DNA of 64,000 bases. Origin: Podarcis melisellensis (Eukaryota). The position numbers were made by a program, and so were the translations under genes. Location of the stretch: NCBI GenBank assembly GCA_964234715.1, contig OZ174276.1; one strand, given 5' to 3'. Below are positions 22,989 to 36,552 of this stretch, one piece after another (within the stretch, counting starts at the first letter, position 1; each line of letters begins with the position of its first letter). The notes beneath the pieces were generated by a model that saw nothing but the letters and a program-made list of their open reading frames with translations, was not told the DNA's origin and made no database searches.

Positions 22989-25567
22989 AACTCAAAGTAG
23001 ACAAGGTGTGCTAGCTCTGAATTGGGAACCTTTGCTATTTTGTTTTTTCTCTCCAAAAGAACTGACAAAGATGTGGGGAATGATTTGGATTAGGGCACTG
23101 CAGGGAAGAGTGGACCTCCAGCATCATGTCTAGTTTGAGTGTTAGGAGAGATGACTTTTGTATTTGTGATCATTTGAGTTAACATATTTTTGCAAATGTA
23201 TATAACTGAAAAATGTGAAGATTATTATTGTTAATGTTGTTGTTATTATTATTAGTGTTCCCTGCACTCCTAAATTAGTATTCGTCCTGATTTGTTTTCA
23301 GAGAGATTAAACAACTTTGGCTCTTAAATAAGCAGTCACTCCGATTTGTTTGTAGGGAGGCTAGATGACTTTGCATCAAAGCAGGGGTTGTTGTCCCACA
23401 GTTTCCAGGAAATTTTCCTGTTACTTTCCACATCACAAAACATCCAATACTTTCAGGAGCTGGGTTTGTTATGTGAAACCTCCCAATCAACTGTGATTAA
23501 GCCGCTTGAATCTGCTGGCAATCCCCACTGAAAATAACAGCAATCTGAAGCACCCCAAATCTCTCCCACTATGGCAAGACATATCGTACAACAATTTGAA
23601 TGACAGTAACTATTTCTACAAGTGAACCAAAATAAGCATAGGCAAATTTTATGCAAATCATGTCCATTTTTGGTGATGTGCAACTAGTTCCCCTACATTA
23701 AGATGTCCATTGCCTTCAAAAATCGAAGCTGAACTAGGATCTGATGTTATTCAAGACCTGTGTCCATTTTACATGTTCCTTCACTGGAAGAGCAGAGCTG
23801 TATCAGAGGCCAGCAGTGAAGTAGTTAAGAAATGTCTCCTAGTAGTTAACTTTCTCTGGCTTCTCCAGTTTCTCTCTCCTGCTCTTATATAACAGTTTGC
23901 TCAACAGCATCAATGCACAACTGCTTTTGTCACACCTTGATATGTTTTGCTCTTGTTTCCCAGGGTTTAATTAGTATAATTTCCACTTTTGCTACACCTT
24001 TCCTCCCTCCTCTTCCCTGCCACTGTCAGATGTGCAGATGGCACATGGCCAACTTAATTCTATTCATTTCTCCAGTAGGAAAATGAGCAAAGTTACTCTG
24101 CGGAATAAATGAAAGAGGAGAAATGGCTCTTAACAATGCATCCTCTGGCACGATGCTACTATTTTAAAGAGATAAGGCTTTTTTTCGGTCAGATTCCACG
24201 GATAATCAAATAATGTGTCTGCTGCATAATCGGCATTAGCATACTTGAAAATAATAATTTTAAGTATGTGCAGCTGCTGAGTCTCTCACCTGTTTTAGAG
24301 TGATAAAAGTAAAAAACAAACAATCAAACCTCAAACAGTTTAAAGAACAAAATATTTACTTCCCATGTTTAAAAGGAAGAGAAAGAGTTGGCACTGAAAG
24401 AGGTGGAAGCTGCCGTGAGTAAAGCTATGGAGCTGAACTACTTTAAGCAGAAATGACTTTTTGTTCAGACCTGTCATAATTGGTTAGAGAATGAACTTCA
24501 GATCCCTTGATGGCTGTAAACCCAAGCATCTCAGAATGGCCTATTCCTTGCTTCAAAAATGCCAAAGGGTCTCCTTCCATCATTTTATGTAGATTGATGA
24601 CATCATGGTGCCAGCTTGCACGGCAGCATCATTAACCTATGCAGAACACCTCTGTGAAAGGCCATATATCAGGCTTACTAATTACATTGGATAGAAATAA
24701 AATTATTGAGAGTTGTTAATGGAAAGCAATTTATATTGGTAACACTATTAGTTCAATATGACCTAGCATACTTCTGTGAACATGGTGGTTTACAGGATCA
24801 TGGCTATTGAGAAGTGCAGACACATGTTGCAGTTATGGAGTGCTCCTGTTCACAAGTTCTAGTCCGGCATGCTCTCCTCCAGGACACTTCCATTTCATTA
24901 CATCCCTCCTGCTCCTGTCTTTCTGTTCCCCCTCCTCCAGCAGCCAGTGATCATTATGTGGCCACAGAGCATGTTCCATCTTCACTGGGCTGCTTTGGGG
25001 TCCCACCATGTTCCTTCAAGCTGGGTGATACCTCGCTGTGGCATATGGATGGTGCTGTTTTGGCTATGTAAGAACTGGCACTTGGCCAATTGAGTTGACT
25101 ATTAGTATATACAAGTTGGGGATCACACTAAAATAGCACAGTGTATAGGGTGTGTGTGTGTGTAGGTCATTCTTGTTGCCCTTTTCGGTACCTTCTCCCA
25201 TTTCACAATGCCTTCCAGAAACTCAGGTAACGGGAACCACATACAATAATTCTAAGTATTGGAAATGGAACACCACAGATATGCACAATGGCATTACTGT
25301 GTTTTCTGTTTTATTTTCATTCCCCTCTCTAATACGCATTGACAGTGAATTTGCCTTTTTCGCTGTTATGGCAAGCTGAGCTCACATTTTCCATAAGCTT
25401 CCTACTGTGTTCTAAAAGATTTCTTTCTTGGGAGCTTGCAGCCATTTTAGACTTCATTAGCATATATGTAAAGCTGCTAGGTTGTTGTTGTTGTTGTTGT
25501 TTTTAAAAAAAATCTTAATCCCAGTGCACATCATATTGCCATTATTCAGCCCAATCATCCTGCCTGG

Positions 25568-25660
25568 AAAATCCTTTTACCAATGTATGTTTACTTAGAA
25601 GTAAACCCCTTTTAGTTTAGTTGGATTTACGCCCACATAAGTGTGCATAGGATTGCAGCC
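25568..25660. mobile_element. Short ~95-bp palindromic squamate MITE
   Basis: tgtttacttagaagtaa..taagtgtgcataggattgcagcc end; relatives near 16200, 36120, 50981, 53068 and 62130. Confidence 0.65.
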
Positions 25661-26659
25661 TTAGAGTTTTTTACAGCCTGATTAGGATTTCATAATCTGA
25701 CCTGCAAACATTTGGCTTCCTCACCTGAACATCCCTGTGCAAATAGCCCTGCCTACTCAGTCCTCAGACTTCCCCTAATGAGCAAGGAATTTCTGCAGAG
25801 ACCTTGCATGATTGGGGAACCAGCTTTATCAAGGTTCCCGATTGTGCAGAGGATTCTACTCATGTTGCCTTGATTCCAGATTATTTATGAATCATCTAAC
25901 TATCCCAGGACAAATTACTGAACAAACCCACTGGACGATAAATATGATAAATGATAAAAGGGCTTGTTAGTCTGCCTTAGTGGTGCTGTCTACTACTGCT
26001 GCTGCTCCTGTATCTCTTCCAGCAGCCTGATAAATAAATTTATTAGATGAAAGTTTTCCTGATGTGGAAAAAAGCAAGTTGATGGTGAAAGCACCAGCAG
26101 TTCTATGTTTGAGACTACTGCAAAAGGCACAGAGAAAAAAAAAGTTGCAATATTGTCTGCCATGCAAAAGGAGAAGTGATATGGTTGTTGCCTCCATTCC
26201 TGACAGATACAGAGGACTTAACAGGGACATGACAAAGATGTATTCAGCAGGTACTGCTTTTCTTGTGATGGGAAAATGTGAAGAGAAAGCAACACCTCTT
26301 TTCATTTCTCACTATCATGCAGCTAACAAAGGCCTTTGTCAGGAAAGAAGGTGTCACCACAGCATTGATTACAGAAATGTCATCAGCATCATTGTCTACA
26401 GCCTGCACTTAATGCTGCTGGCACAGGAGTTTCATCCGCTGGATTGGCCAAGAACTGTTGTGAATGTAGCCCGTCCTACCTCCAAGGATCCAAAGGAAGC
26501 CTTTATGGGGTGGGTGTGAAATATTCCTTAAAACAACAAAGCAGGTAATCTGAGATATAGTGAGTGGCCCAAGTCACCCAGTGAGTTTCATGGACGAACA
26601 ATAATTTATTTATTTTACTTATTCACTAAATTTAAATACAGTCTTTTCTTGCATACATT

Positions 26660-27255
26660 GTTCTTTCCCACTCAATTTTATCATCACAGCAAATCTGTGA
26701 AGCAGGTATGGATGGGTGGATATGTCAATTTTGGCTAGGTCCTCATTTTTCCAATCTTAAGTTTGGTTCTCCACATTTCCACATCAGCTTCCTTTAAAAA
26801 AATGCCTTTGTGAAAATCCGTCAGTGTTTTCCCTACTACACACATGTTCAAATGCAATTTTTGCCTAATAGACACATTTTTGCAAAACATTTTCTCCTTT
26901 ATGTATTGCCTTTTTTGTATTCTTTGTTCACTAACATATGCATTTTTATGTGCACTTAAGCCTACAATCTACAATTTTGTACACATTCCTTGACTGGAGA
27001 ATTGCACTGCAAAATTCAAAGAAGTGCAAATTTCAAAAGACGGCTGCATTTGGGTTTGCATATTGTTTTGGAAAATTGCAAATTTGCTTAAGTTTGCCTT
27101 TAAGTAAGAATTGAGTGAAGTTTCTTTCCCATCCTTAGAAGTAAGTGGTGACTAGCCCAAGGTCATCCAGTGAACTTCATGTCCAAGTGTGGATTTGAAC
27201 ACAGGTCCCCCCAGACTTAGTCCAATACTCTAATCCCTACTCCACACTGGCTCTC
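26660..27255 (-). mobile_element. Old Squam3-like tRNA SINE interrupted by a MITE
   Basis: Minus-strand head gagagccagtgtggagtagg..gttcaaatccacacttggacatgaagttcactggatgaccttgggctagtcac; the body continues left of 26707. Confidence 0.7.
26707..27137 (+). mobile_element. AT-rich hAT MITE with TAGGGATG-type termini (copy 2)
   Basis: Ends tatggatggg / cccatcctta; flanks gaagcagg / gaagtaag (6 of 8 TSD match). Confidence 0.8.
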
Positions 27256-28648
27256 TGAAGCTGGATCTCCCAGATAAAAGCACAACATCCACTACACCAT
27301 TAACTCTCCCAGCTTGTCTTTTTTAGCCTTCCATTTCTCACTTTTCCTTTTTAGATAACCCCTTTAGCTGCAAATAGGAAGATTAATTGGAGTAATTAGC
27401 CTGGGATGGAGCTCAGCAAGCCAAGCTCCGCAGCTGGGTATTGCTACTGCCCCATCTATGCTTGTCACTCACTATATCTCTCCAGCTGCTGATTGCTGTA
27501 GAGATTAAAGCTTTATTGCCTTTTTTCCAAGCATTAGACAAAAGCATCAAAGAACCCACAAAACCAACAATTTTGAGTTCTACCAGTTAGTAAAAGTGGA
27601 GAATATAGATCAGAATGACAGTTGCATATTTCTTCTATTTGTCTTGATGAAAACAGTTTCTGAGCGCTGCTCTGATGTTCTACTCCATTAGCAGAACAAT
27701 TACTGTACGAATCTGCTTTATATTTATTCAGGTCCAAAGGCAAGAGGTCAGCACTATAATGTACAGCACAGCATAGGACCTTGATGGGCATACACACATA
27801 TATTCAGCTCGGGTCACCTCATATAGATATCTTGAGCTCCAGAGAGTTCTTCAGTGCACCAAGTTGTTGCTGGATCATCTCTACAGGGCAGGAGCAAAAC
27901 ATTTTGCTGCACAAAGCAGACAAGATGGTGTCCATTTCCCATTCCAGGCACAGAAGCTGATTGGATTGGCAGATGAATCTTACTTCAGCACTGATGCTAG
28001 GATAGCCTCTTCCACCATATCTGAGGCAACGGGCTAGTTTTTTTGTGGGGAAGGGACATGGAGGGAGAGGACCTGTAGCATACACAGCTCTGTTCTCCAA
28101 TAGGAATGGCTGTGAGGCTTAGGAAGAACAGCTGGAGGACTGATCCTGCTTACCCCCATCATTTGCCACTTGAGACAGTTGCCTCCCTTTGCCTATTATC
28201 CCTGTGTCTGCATTGCTAGAAGCGTGGCATAAATAATTTTGCTCCAGGTTCTTATGTTTAGTAAAGTTTGGGGCTTATACATTTTCTGATATTTCCTCGT
28301 TGGTGGAATGGGCTGTCTATATTAGTCATTGTTACCGGATGAGTGGGGCATATGGAACCAGTTTGAATCCAAGAATTGTTCAATCAAATTTGTACTCATT
28401 TAAATGGTTGTCCTATGCAAATAAGGAGGCACTCCCACACCTTCCTCCTTTGAGAGAAGTGGCAAATGGATGCCTCAAATCCAAAATGATAAACTAACAT
28501 AAAACTTGGGTTATTTCAGAGGAAGAGAAATGAAATGATGTGATGTGATGTAGCTGGAGATTCAAGGTGGCCATTTCCCCCGCTGTGCTGAATATATCAG
28601 TGAACTTTCATAACATCAACTAATTATGTTTTTGCTGTTTTCAGAACA

Positions 28649-28784
28649 CAGGGGTGGTGAAATTGTGGTCCTCCAGATGTTGATGAACTACAGTTTCCGT
28701 CATGCCTGACCTTTGGCCCTCCAGGCTGGGCTAATGAAAGCTGAAATCTGCCAACAATAGGAGGGCCACAGTTCCCCCACTCTG
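28649..28784. mobile_element. Palindromic hAT-type MITE
   Basis: caggggtggtgaa / ttcccccactctg termini; flanks tcagaaca / tcataatg. Confidence 0.75.
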
Positions 28785-28820
28785 TCATAATGCTTTTAGA
28801 ACTAGAACAAGAGTTGAGGG

Positions 28821-29204
28821 AAGGAATGGGAGGAGCTGTTAATTTTTATTTTATGTCTCATTTTCCCAGTCTTAAATTCAGTTCTCACATCTCCAAATCA
28901 ATTTGCGATTAAAGAAAAAAATCCTTATGAAAATTCATTAGCACTTTACTATGAATTTCTCCTGATATAATGCATTTTATTACATTATGTTCACTACTAC
29001 TCTATGTGCATTTTAATGCACACATTACCCTAGTCGGTGCATTTTTACATGCACCACTTGGCTGGAGAACTGCATTTGCAATGGTCAGAGTGGCATGGAT
29101 TATGATTGATGGCTGTGTTCTGGTTTGTGTATTGTTTCAGAAAGGGAGGATCAGGTAGGTTTGCCTTTAAGTGCAAACAGAATCAAATTTCTCCTTCATC
29201 CCTA
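28821..29204 (+). mobile_element. AT-rich hAT MITE with TAGGGATG-type termini (copy 3)
   Basis: Right end catcccta; interior similar to 26707; both flanks begin gttg. Confidence 0.75.
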
Positions 29205-29210
29205 GTTGGG

Positions 29211-29211
<1 letters not shown>

Positions 29212-29243
<32 letters not shown>
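29212..29243. repeat. (TG)n microsatellite
   Basis: Direct observation. Confidence 0.97.
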
Positions 29244-29246
<3 letters not shown>

Positions 29247-29663
29247 AAAATGGACATCTGGGGGGGGGGAGTCCTATGCAAGCTGGGAAACTGGCAAAAA
29301 GAATGAAAAAGTTAGAAGCTAGTGTGGTGACTGATAGCAAACACATTTCTTTGTGCAGTTCATACATGAATCGCAGCATTTTTCTTTCCTTTTGAGAAGA
29401 TTAAATATATTAATAAAAGAGCCCCACTTGGGCAGCCTTGTTTGCAAGTGCTGTCAGCTTAACAAGGCTGTTTAACCAAAGCCACATAAAGTAATTTTAC
29501 ATGCTCCCATCAAGACGGTTTAAACTCCAATCATTCATGTTTGTGCATCTAGCCATGAAAGGATGAAGCTGGGGTGCTTTATGGCAGACAAATGCTTAAG
29601 TAAGATCAAGGGCTACGTCAATTTCCAGGGTGAGTGGAGAAAGAAGAGACTTGGGACTTCAGA

Positions 29664-29666
<3 letters not shown>

Positions 29667-29694
<28 letters not shown>
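29667..29694. repeat. (AG)n microsatellite
   Basis: Direct observation. Confidence 0.97.
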
Positions 29695-29698
<4 letters not shown>

Positions 29699-29924
29699 CG
29701 CAAAGCATCAGGGGAACTTAGATACTTTCTGTTTTGGAAAATGAAGCTTAAGCATTTGCTCCTTTGTCGAATTTTTCCAAAACCTAGCAGCATCTTCAAA
29801 GCTTTTCAGACTCAAAAACCAAAGTCGTCTGCAGGAGTCAGTATGATGGTAAACAAATGCTGCATTAATCTATGTCCAGACACATGCAGCCACCAAGAAT
29901 GTTGGGGTGCTTTTTATCCTGTCT

Positions 29925-30015
29925 GAAAACCTGGAGAGCCACTGCCAGCCAGTGTTTGCAGTGCTGAGCCAAATCGACAGATGGTTTGACTTGGTATAAG
30001 GAAACCCCCTATGTC
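29925..30015 (+). mobile_element. SINE 3' half (Squam2-like)
   Basis: gaaaacctggagagccactgccag..tgacttggtataagg..cctatgt; an inverted relative lies at 40856-40938. Confidence 0.6.
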
Positions 30016-31761
30016 ATATGTTTGGGTCTGTGGCTTGAGCCCAAAACTTTACAAAAGTTTTGCATCATACATCTTAATTTTTGTGGCTTTGTAGAAAAAA
30101 ACAAACAAAACAGTTCTGTGTGTCATGGGAAGTGTGGGTTTCTAGTCATGTTGCTTCTAACTTTTTTTGGCATCTGACAACATTGTTTCTGGCCAGGAAA
30201 TCAAAAGATGAGTTTTGCCTTGGGGGCTACGGTGTCCATCCAATGTTTCTCCCTGGTGTGAGACTCAACCTTACCAGTGCTTTTCAATCCTGCTGAGCTA
30301 GCAGGTAGCTCCTGATCCTGGTCCCCATGAGCTACCAGTTCTAGTTCCCTTTCTTCCTTGTGCATGAGACTCTCTCCTTGGCTACACTGCATGGATCATT
30401 TGAATGGATACTCATGGGTCTCGAATCCCTTCCCTGAGTCACTCATGGGTTCTCCATGCATGCTTCTTCCCAATGGACCTATGTGGTTGGCGAAGCATGA
30501 TCTGAAGGCCCAACTCTGTCTTTTGCTGTGTTATTTCCATGTGTAAGCTTGGCATGGTTGTGTGAGTTGTCTGGATATGTCTATGCTACAAAGAGGTCCA
30601 AGATCTTCCTGCAGAGAACCCTGGAGTCCAGGGCTATTGACAGCAGCTGTTGGACAACTGCGATTGTTTTGCTACAGAGGTCTATGCTTCCTTGGATGGT
30701 GTAGTATCTCTGTGGTTGCCCTTTTGTATGAGTCCTAGAAAGGTGGCAACCTGGGGTCACTCTGCATCGATCAGTCCCTTCTGTGCAAGGCTAACATGAG
30801 AGCATTATTGATGTACACCACCAAAACTGGAGGGTAATAGAGCTGTAATGAAAACTGTAACAGGTTGCTGCTATGTTATATCTCCTTTTAAATGGTATCA
30901 TCTGGCTGTCTGCTTTGCTGTTTGAAATCAGTAAGATGAAATGATGAAGCTACACCAATGTTGTGCTGGTGTTAGTGGTGAATAGCACAGCAGACCGATG
31001 GGGTTGTACTGCCCAAATGTGAGCTGCTCCTGGACACTTTCTTATACACATGTTGGAGAGCATCATAACCACACATGTAACTTCCATGCCATGGGTTTTT
31101 GTTGGTGGTCTTTACATGCTGAGCAGCTTTTTTGATGTCACCTCCATTAATGTTCCTGATGAAGGGATGCAGCTCTAAAATAGGTGCAGCTACATTAGGC
31201 ACCCCAAGGACTAGGGAATGGCAGGGATAGATACAACAGCATCTTGGCCTTTGACAACAAGTGTAGAGAATTATTGGTAACCCACATCAATAATCTCTAA
31301 ATAGGGATGGCAACATTCCTGGGTCATCATACAGGCCGATTGTTAGAGGCCAGAAAGTGTTGAGCTGATACATTCTGGTAGGGTTTTTATTAGGACTGTG
31401 TACTTGATTTGGCCAAGGCCAGAGCCCAGTCAGGCATACTTGGAGGAGATGGGGCATCAGAGGAAATAGGTACAGCCAGCCACAGATCACTACTGGTTGC
31501 AGGGTTACCTCCCTGCATAATTTGCAGGAACCTATGCCCCCTGAAGCTCCCACTTACCTTGTGGGGGGAAACATGTTACCGATATAGTAGTGGCAGCTTC
31601 TAAAAATGAAGTTGACATGGAGGAAATGGCACAGGGTGAAAAGGTTAGCATGTCTCTTCAGCACCATAGTCCCAATTAAGATTGCCCTGTGCCTGCTTTT
31701 ATGTATTTATTTAAGCAGGAGATCCTGTTCACTGGTCTTCTGTGTCTTGCCTAGTTTGGTT

Positions 31762-31900
31762 CTGTTTAGGGCAGTTTTTAATGTATGATGTTTTATCGTG
31801 TTTTTAATATTCTGTTGGGAGCTGCCCAGAGTGGCTGGGGAAACCCAGCCAGATGGGCGGGGTATAAATAAATAATAATAGTAATAATTAGTAGTAGTAG
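31762..31900 (+). mobile_element. L2 LINE extreme 3' end with (TAA/TAG)n tail
   Basis: ctgtttaggg..cccagagtggctggggaaacccagccagatgggcggggtataaataaa; reverse complement of the 51905-52010 segment. Confidence 0.88.
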
Positions 31901-34820
31901 ATAATGGTTAAATGCCAGTGTGGCCAATGAAAATGTTTGCTTACACAGCAAATGCACAACTAGCTTGCATGAAAGGAAGCTACAGTTGAGCGGCTCCACT
32001 GGAGAAATATGCATAGATAAACAGAGACTGTAGTGAAGCTGGCCTGGTTTATATCCACTGATTGTACACAAAGAGAGCATGTAAAGAACCTCTAAGCATT
32101 AAATCAAATTTGGTTTTTTTTATGCTACACATGGTGTACCTAAGAAAGCAGAAATGGATACAGAATGCACTGTGGAGGAACCAGCATACTGATATGGTCT
32201 CTTCTGGACCAGCAAAGTAAGAAGAAAATGACAGATACTGGACACCATCACACAATGGATTCAGTTTTTTTTATTATTTTGGAGCAGCCAGTGACCCATT
32301 GCTCTGTGAGATTTTGCACCATCTTCCCTCATAGCAAGGAAGATGAGGAAACCAGAACTCATCCTTACCCAATAAATAAATAAATAGACACCACAACTTT
32401 AGAGCAGCACACATGGAAGCCCAGTGTGTCTTAATTTCACAGGCAACATGCCCTGCAGAGCCCCAAATCCTTCCCCCCCCCCGCACATGATATTTAGGAA
32501 TCCAATGGGTTCAAAGCGGTCCAATGAATAAGAGGCTCATGCTTGCACAAAGTCCATGAGAGCAAACGGCAGTACAATCACTTGTCATGCACAATGGCAA
32601 GAACACCAGCTTCTCTGCTGATGGATAGCTTCATTCCCCCTTGCAGTTGATAGCATGGGCTTCTCCTTCTCTTTTGCTGCAGACAGTAGAAGGTCTTTTG
32701 ATCCTTAGCAATATTGCACACTGCGTCAAAGGGACAGGACACTACACACACAGAAGCCTCAATAATTCATGGTTTGGCTCCAGGCATCTTTTAAATCTTA
32801 CGGGACAAAGCCCTTAACATAATCATCAAAATGAAGAACCTTTCCTTCTGCATTTTTAAGCTGACTGTTGCCTTCCAGGCTGAAACAGATTACATTTGAA
32901 AGCTTTTTTTTTTTACACCTCAGAGTTGTTAATGTAATATACAGCGAATTGAGTTTTGTTATAAAACCACAACTTGAAAGATTCTCCCCTTTTCTGAAAC
33001 CACCCTTGGCCATCCAACTTCGACTCCAGACTCCTCGCATAAGCTTCTCTGGCAGTGGTCTGTCTCTCTCAAGTATTCAACAAGGCTTCTTTCCCCTTCC
33101 TACAAAGCCTTGGAAGTGTCTCCTGGCAGAAGGGGTTAAACATCATCAGCACTTGGAGCGAGCTGAGTAGTCAAGGCCAGACATCTCAAGATTCCAAAAG
33201 AAGAATGCAGGCATCCTATGATACCAGGAGGTTGATGCAGAAAGCTTAGCTTCAAGAACAGTATATGAGGGGTGTTTGGTTGCTTGCAAGTTTTTTTTAA
33301 AAAATTTTTTTGAGAGAAGCTGCCTTTCAATCTTGGTCTCTTGGGGTCTCTTGAAATTGCACAGAAGTCAATATTACTGAGAACTGCCTCTGAATAAGGG
33401 CCTTGGTAAACGTTGAGTCATTTTTTGTGAAATCCTACCACAATGTGATTATTCACTTCTGTCTTTGTGGAACCACTTGGCTATGGGGACAGGTGCTGGC
33501 TTGGGGAAAAGTTGGCAAAATACTTCCAGGAGCAGAAACCAGCTTTGAATGTGCGCTGCAAACCAATTTGGTTTTACAAGAGTGCTCCTTGGTGTATTAC
33601 TTCCCAAATTCTTTTCACATTTCGGCTACATAATGATCCCGTCCCAATCCAACAATCTGCTGGCTTCACCAGGAAGCCAGATATTTGATGTCCCTTCTGC
33701 AAGTAGACTAACAACAAGATGGGGAAATGTCTTCCCAAAGCTTTTCAGCTCCTTGAGGATATTTCCAGCAGAGACAGTGTGGGTGAGTTAATAAAATCAT
33801 TAACTCTTCCCCTACTTCTGGAAACTCATGTTCTTCAGCTCTTTCATTATTGCACTGCGAAGGCTCCACCAATCCTATCTCAAGCAGTAGTTACACAGAA
33901 CTAATTTGGCTTCTCACAGCTGAATCCCCGAAATGGTTCATTCACTGCAGTTTTCTTATGCTTCACAGCCTGGAAACTTGGTTTGCTAGCTGTCCTTCCT
34001 TTCATCCCTGTGCAAAGGAATGCGAAGTTCCTCTGTGCCAACAAAAGTTAAAGCAGAGCTTAGACTTGTCTCTTCATGAGCTTCTGAGAGTTGCAAATGG
34101 TTAGGAGGGCGAAAGCTTAACCCGCTCAACTTTCAACCATTCCAGGGCACCCAGGGATCTCTGCAGAGGAAAGAGAAACACAATCTGGTCAGCTTGGAGT
34201 ATGGAAGCACCCAAAGGGTGATGTGTCGCAGTTAACATTTGTACTTCTGCCCACATTCACAACACTGATTTTGGTGGCGTCACATAACAACTTCTAATGT
34301 TTCTTTCAAACCCCAAAGTGGGTCTGTAATGAGAAACCAACATTCAACAAAATGAGAATCCAAATTCAACAAAAGCAAGATCTCACATACAGGGTTTGTT
34401 TGGTCTGCCATATCTAATGCATTGCCTCAACTCAGCATTTCCCAGCTTGGTCCTCACTGGATGCTTTGAACCACAATTGTCATCAGCCCTAGCTGCGTTA
34501 TGGGGCTGCTCCTGCACAAAAAGACACTGACTAAGATTATGAAGGAACTTTCTAAGAGAGGAAAAACAACTGGGTTGAACTGGGTTGGATAATCAATGGT
34601 AGGAGAATGATATAGCACAGGAGTATCGATAGCAGGTTAAATTTAAAAATTGTGAACAGACCTAATGGCAATCAATGTCTTGGGATTCAAAACACTTCTA
34701 TATCATCAATGAATGCTCTGTGCAAGAGGGAATAGGATATTTTGCACCATATACTGTAGGTTTGCTGTTCCTGCTTTAGCTATAATGTTTGGTAAAACTG
34801 TATTGAATAGCAGGACAACA

Positions 34821-34958
34821 AAACCTCCAAGTGTCCCTATTTTCCAGGGACAGCCTCAGATTTAGAGAAGCCATCCCATTTTTTGATTGATTTGATCCCA
34901 GAATGTCTTCCTTTTCCTTAGGGTGTCCCTATTTTCATTGGAGAAATGTTAGACTATT
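34821..34958. mobile_element. Non-autonomous DNA transposon (hAT-Blackjack-like)
   Basis: Repeated tgtccctattttc / gggaca motifs typical of this group; termini decayed. Confidence 0.6.
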
Positions 34959-35554
34959 TGCCCCCCAAACTGGCTGATATTATGCAGGCAGGAGCTCATA
35001 AGTATAGGAGTTCCAAGGCCATGACCTCTCTGCTGCAGCTGGGTTCCATAGGTCACCCAGAAGAGAAGCACCACTATGATGTTAAGGTTGCTACAATATT
35101 GATGCAAATTAGGACATACGCTTGTCAAGTTTACGGAGATAATTAAGACAACCTTTTTGTATTCCCCTGCAGCACTACATTGACATCCTGCTTGTATCTT
35201 TTTGTGCATTTTAATTAAACACATTTCTGCTTTAATACGTTCAAGCAATAGCATGCCGGAATCTTGAGTCACGTAATGCAACTGCTATCTGTAATTTCTC
35301 AGTATATTACTTTCTCTTTTTATCTCTTTCTCTCTCTTTTTTGCTTCTTAATAATTGGACCCAGTCTCATATTCAGTTCTAATAAATTCTTGTCTCAAAA
35401 CTCTGCCTTCCTTTATTAATCTTTCTAAGGATTGATTTTCAGTTATTACAACTGTAACAGTGGTCCACATCTGTGAAAGCATTTCATACTTATGGAAGAG
35501 AGGGGTGGAAACGAGTTAATCATTGTTCTCTTCTAATTTCCATATACGTTAGAC

Positions 35555-35692
35555 CAGAGTTGGGGAATCTATGGTTCTCTAGATGTTGCCGGACTACAGC
35601 TTCCATCTTCCCTGACCATTGATCATGCTGGCTCGGGCTGATGGGAGTTGGAGTCCAACAATTTCTGGAGGGCTGCAGGTTTCCCAGTGTTG
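35555..35692. mobile_element. Palindromic hAT-type MITE
   Basis: agatgttgccggactacagcttccatc..gatgggagttggagtccaaca..ctggagggc. Confidence 0.8.
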
Positions 35693-35874
35693 TCTAAGCA
35701 TGTCTTAGACCAATACAACCTTTCTTCCAAAGGTCTCAAAGACAGTCTCTCATTGTTTTCTTCTCTCAGTGTAGGAATATCCCATGTACATTCACGCCCT
35801 GCAAAGCATCTTGAGCATGTAGTTTGCTCACTTGTTTTCTAGCTGGTGTGTCCATGGCAAAGAATGCCTCACCG

Positions 35875-36020
35875 TGGGCTGATGACGCCAAATTATTTAG
35901 GCTGGTAAAAAGCATAAAAGCAAAGAGCTCCAGAAGAAGCTCTCCAAACTGGGTGATAATTGGAACAATTAAATGGCAAAAGTAGGTAAGCTGAAACCAA
36001 TGTGCATTGGGTCCAAACAT
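35875..36020 (+). mobile_element. CR1 reverse-transcriptase fragment
   Basis: ADDAKLFRLVK..ELQKKLSKLG..KWQ, with frameshifts. Confidence 0.75.
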
Positions 36021-36552
36021 ACTAACTTTGGGGGGTAGAGTGAGAGTGGAGGCCATTTGCAGCATGTAAACATATGGATAGGAATGGTGCTGGTTTTGTT
36101 TAGCGAATCACCCTACAGGCTGCCATTGAAAGTAAGTCAGTGAGACCTACTCCCAGCTAAGCATGCCTAGAATGGCAGCCTTTGATTCATAAAAAATATA
36201 TAATAGTACTGAAGAACGCAATGACAAACAACATGCATTGTGGTGCTCCTGCCTGTGGTACCCAACTTCTGAAATTCTCACCTTAGAGAAGCTCACCTGA
36301 CGGATATCATAATATTTTTTAAGTACTATGTTTTCCCCTTTTCTCATACTTTAAACCTCTGGTGTTTCACTTCTGTTGCAACTGTTTTTAGCGCTGCCTT
36401 TACTCCCCCTAACCACGTTACTGATTATTGCTCTTTTATTGTGTTGTATGAACTATTGTTTATTTTTATTTATTTATTTATTTATTTATTTATCTATCTA
36501 TTTATTTATTTAAATGAAAGGGCAATTCAGAAAAGTTTTAAAACAAATACAC

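Noticed and set aside
26064-26519. 151-aa ORF
   Set aside because: Non-ATG start, no known domain; more likely unique non-coding sequence.
33749-33782. Possible 34-bp plus-strand micro-exon (ttttcag..gtgagt)
   Set aside because: No partner exons or recognisable peptide; such site pairs arise by chance in 64 kb.
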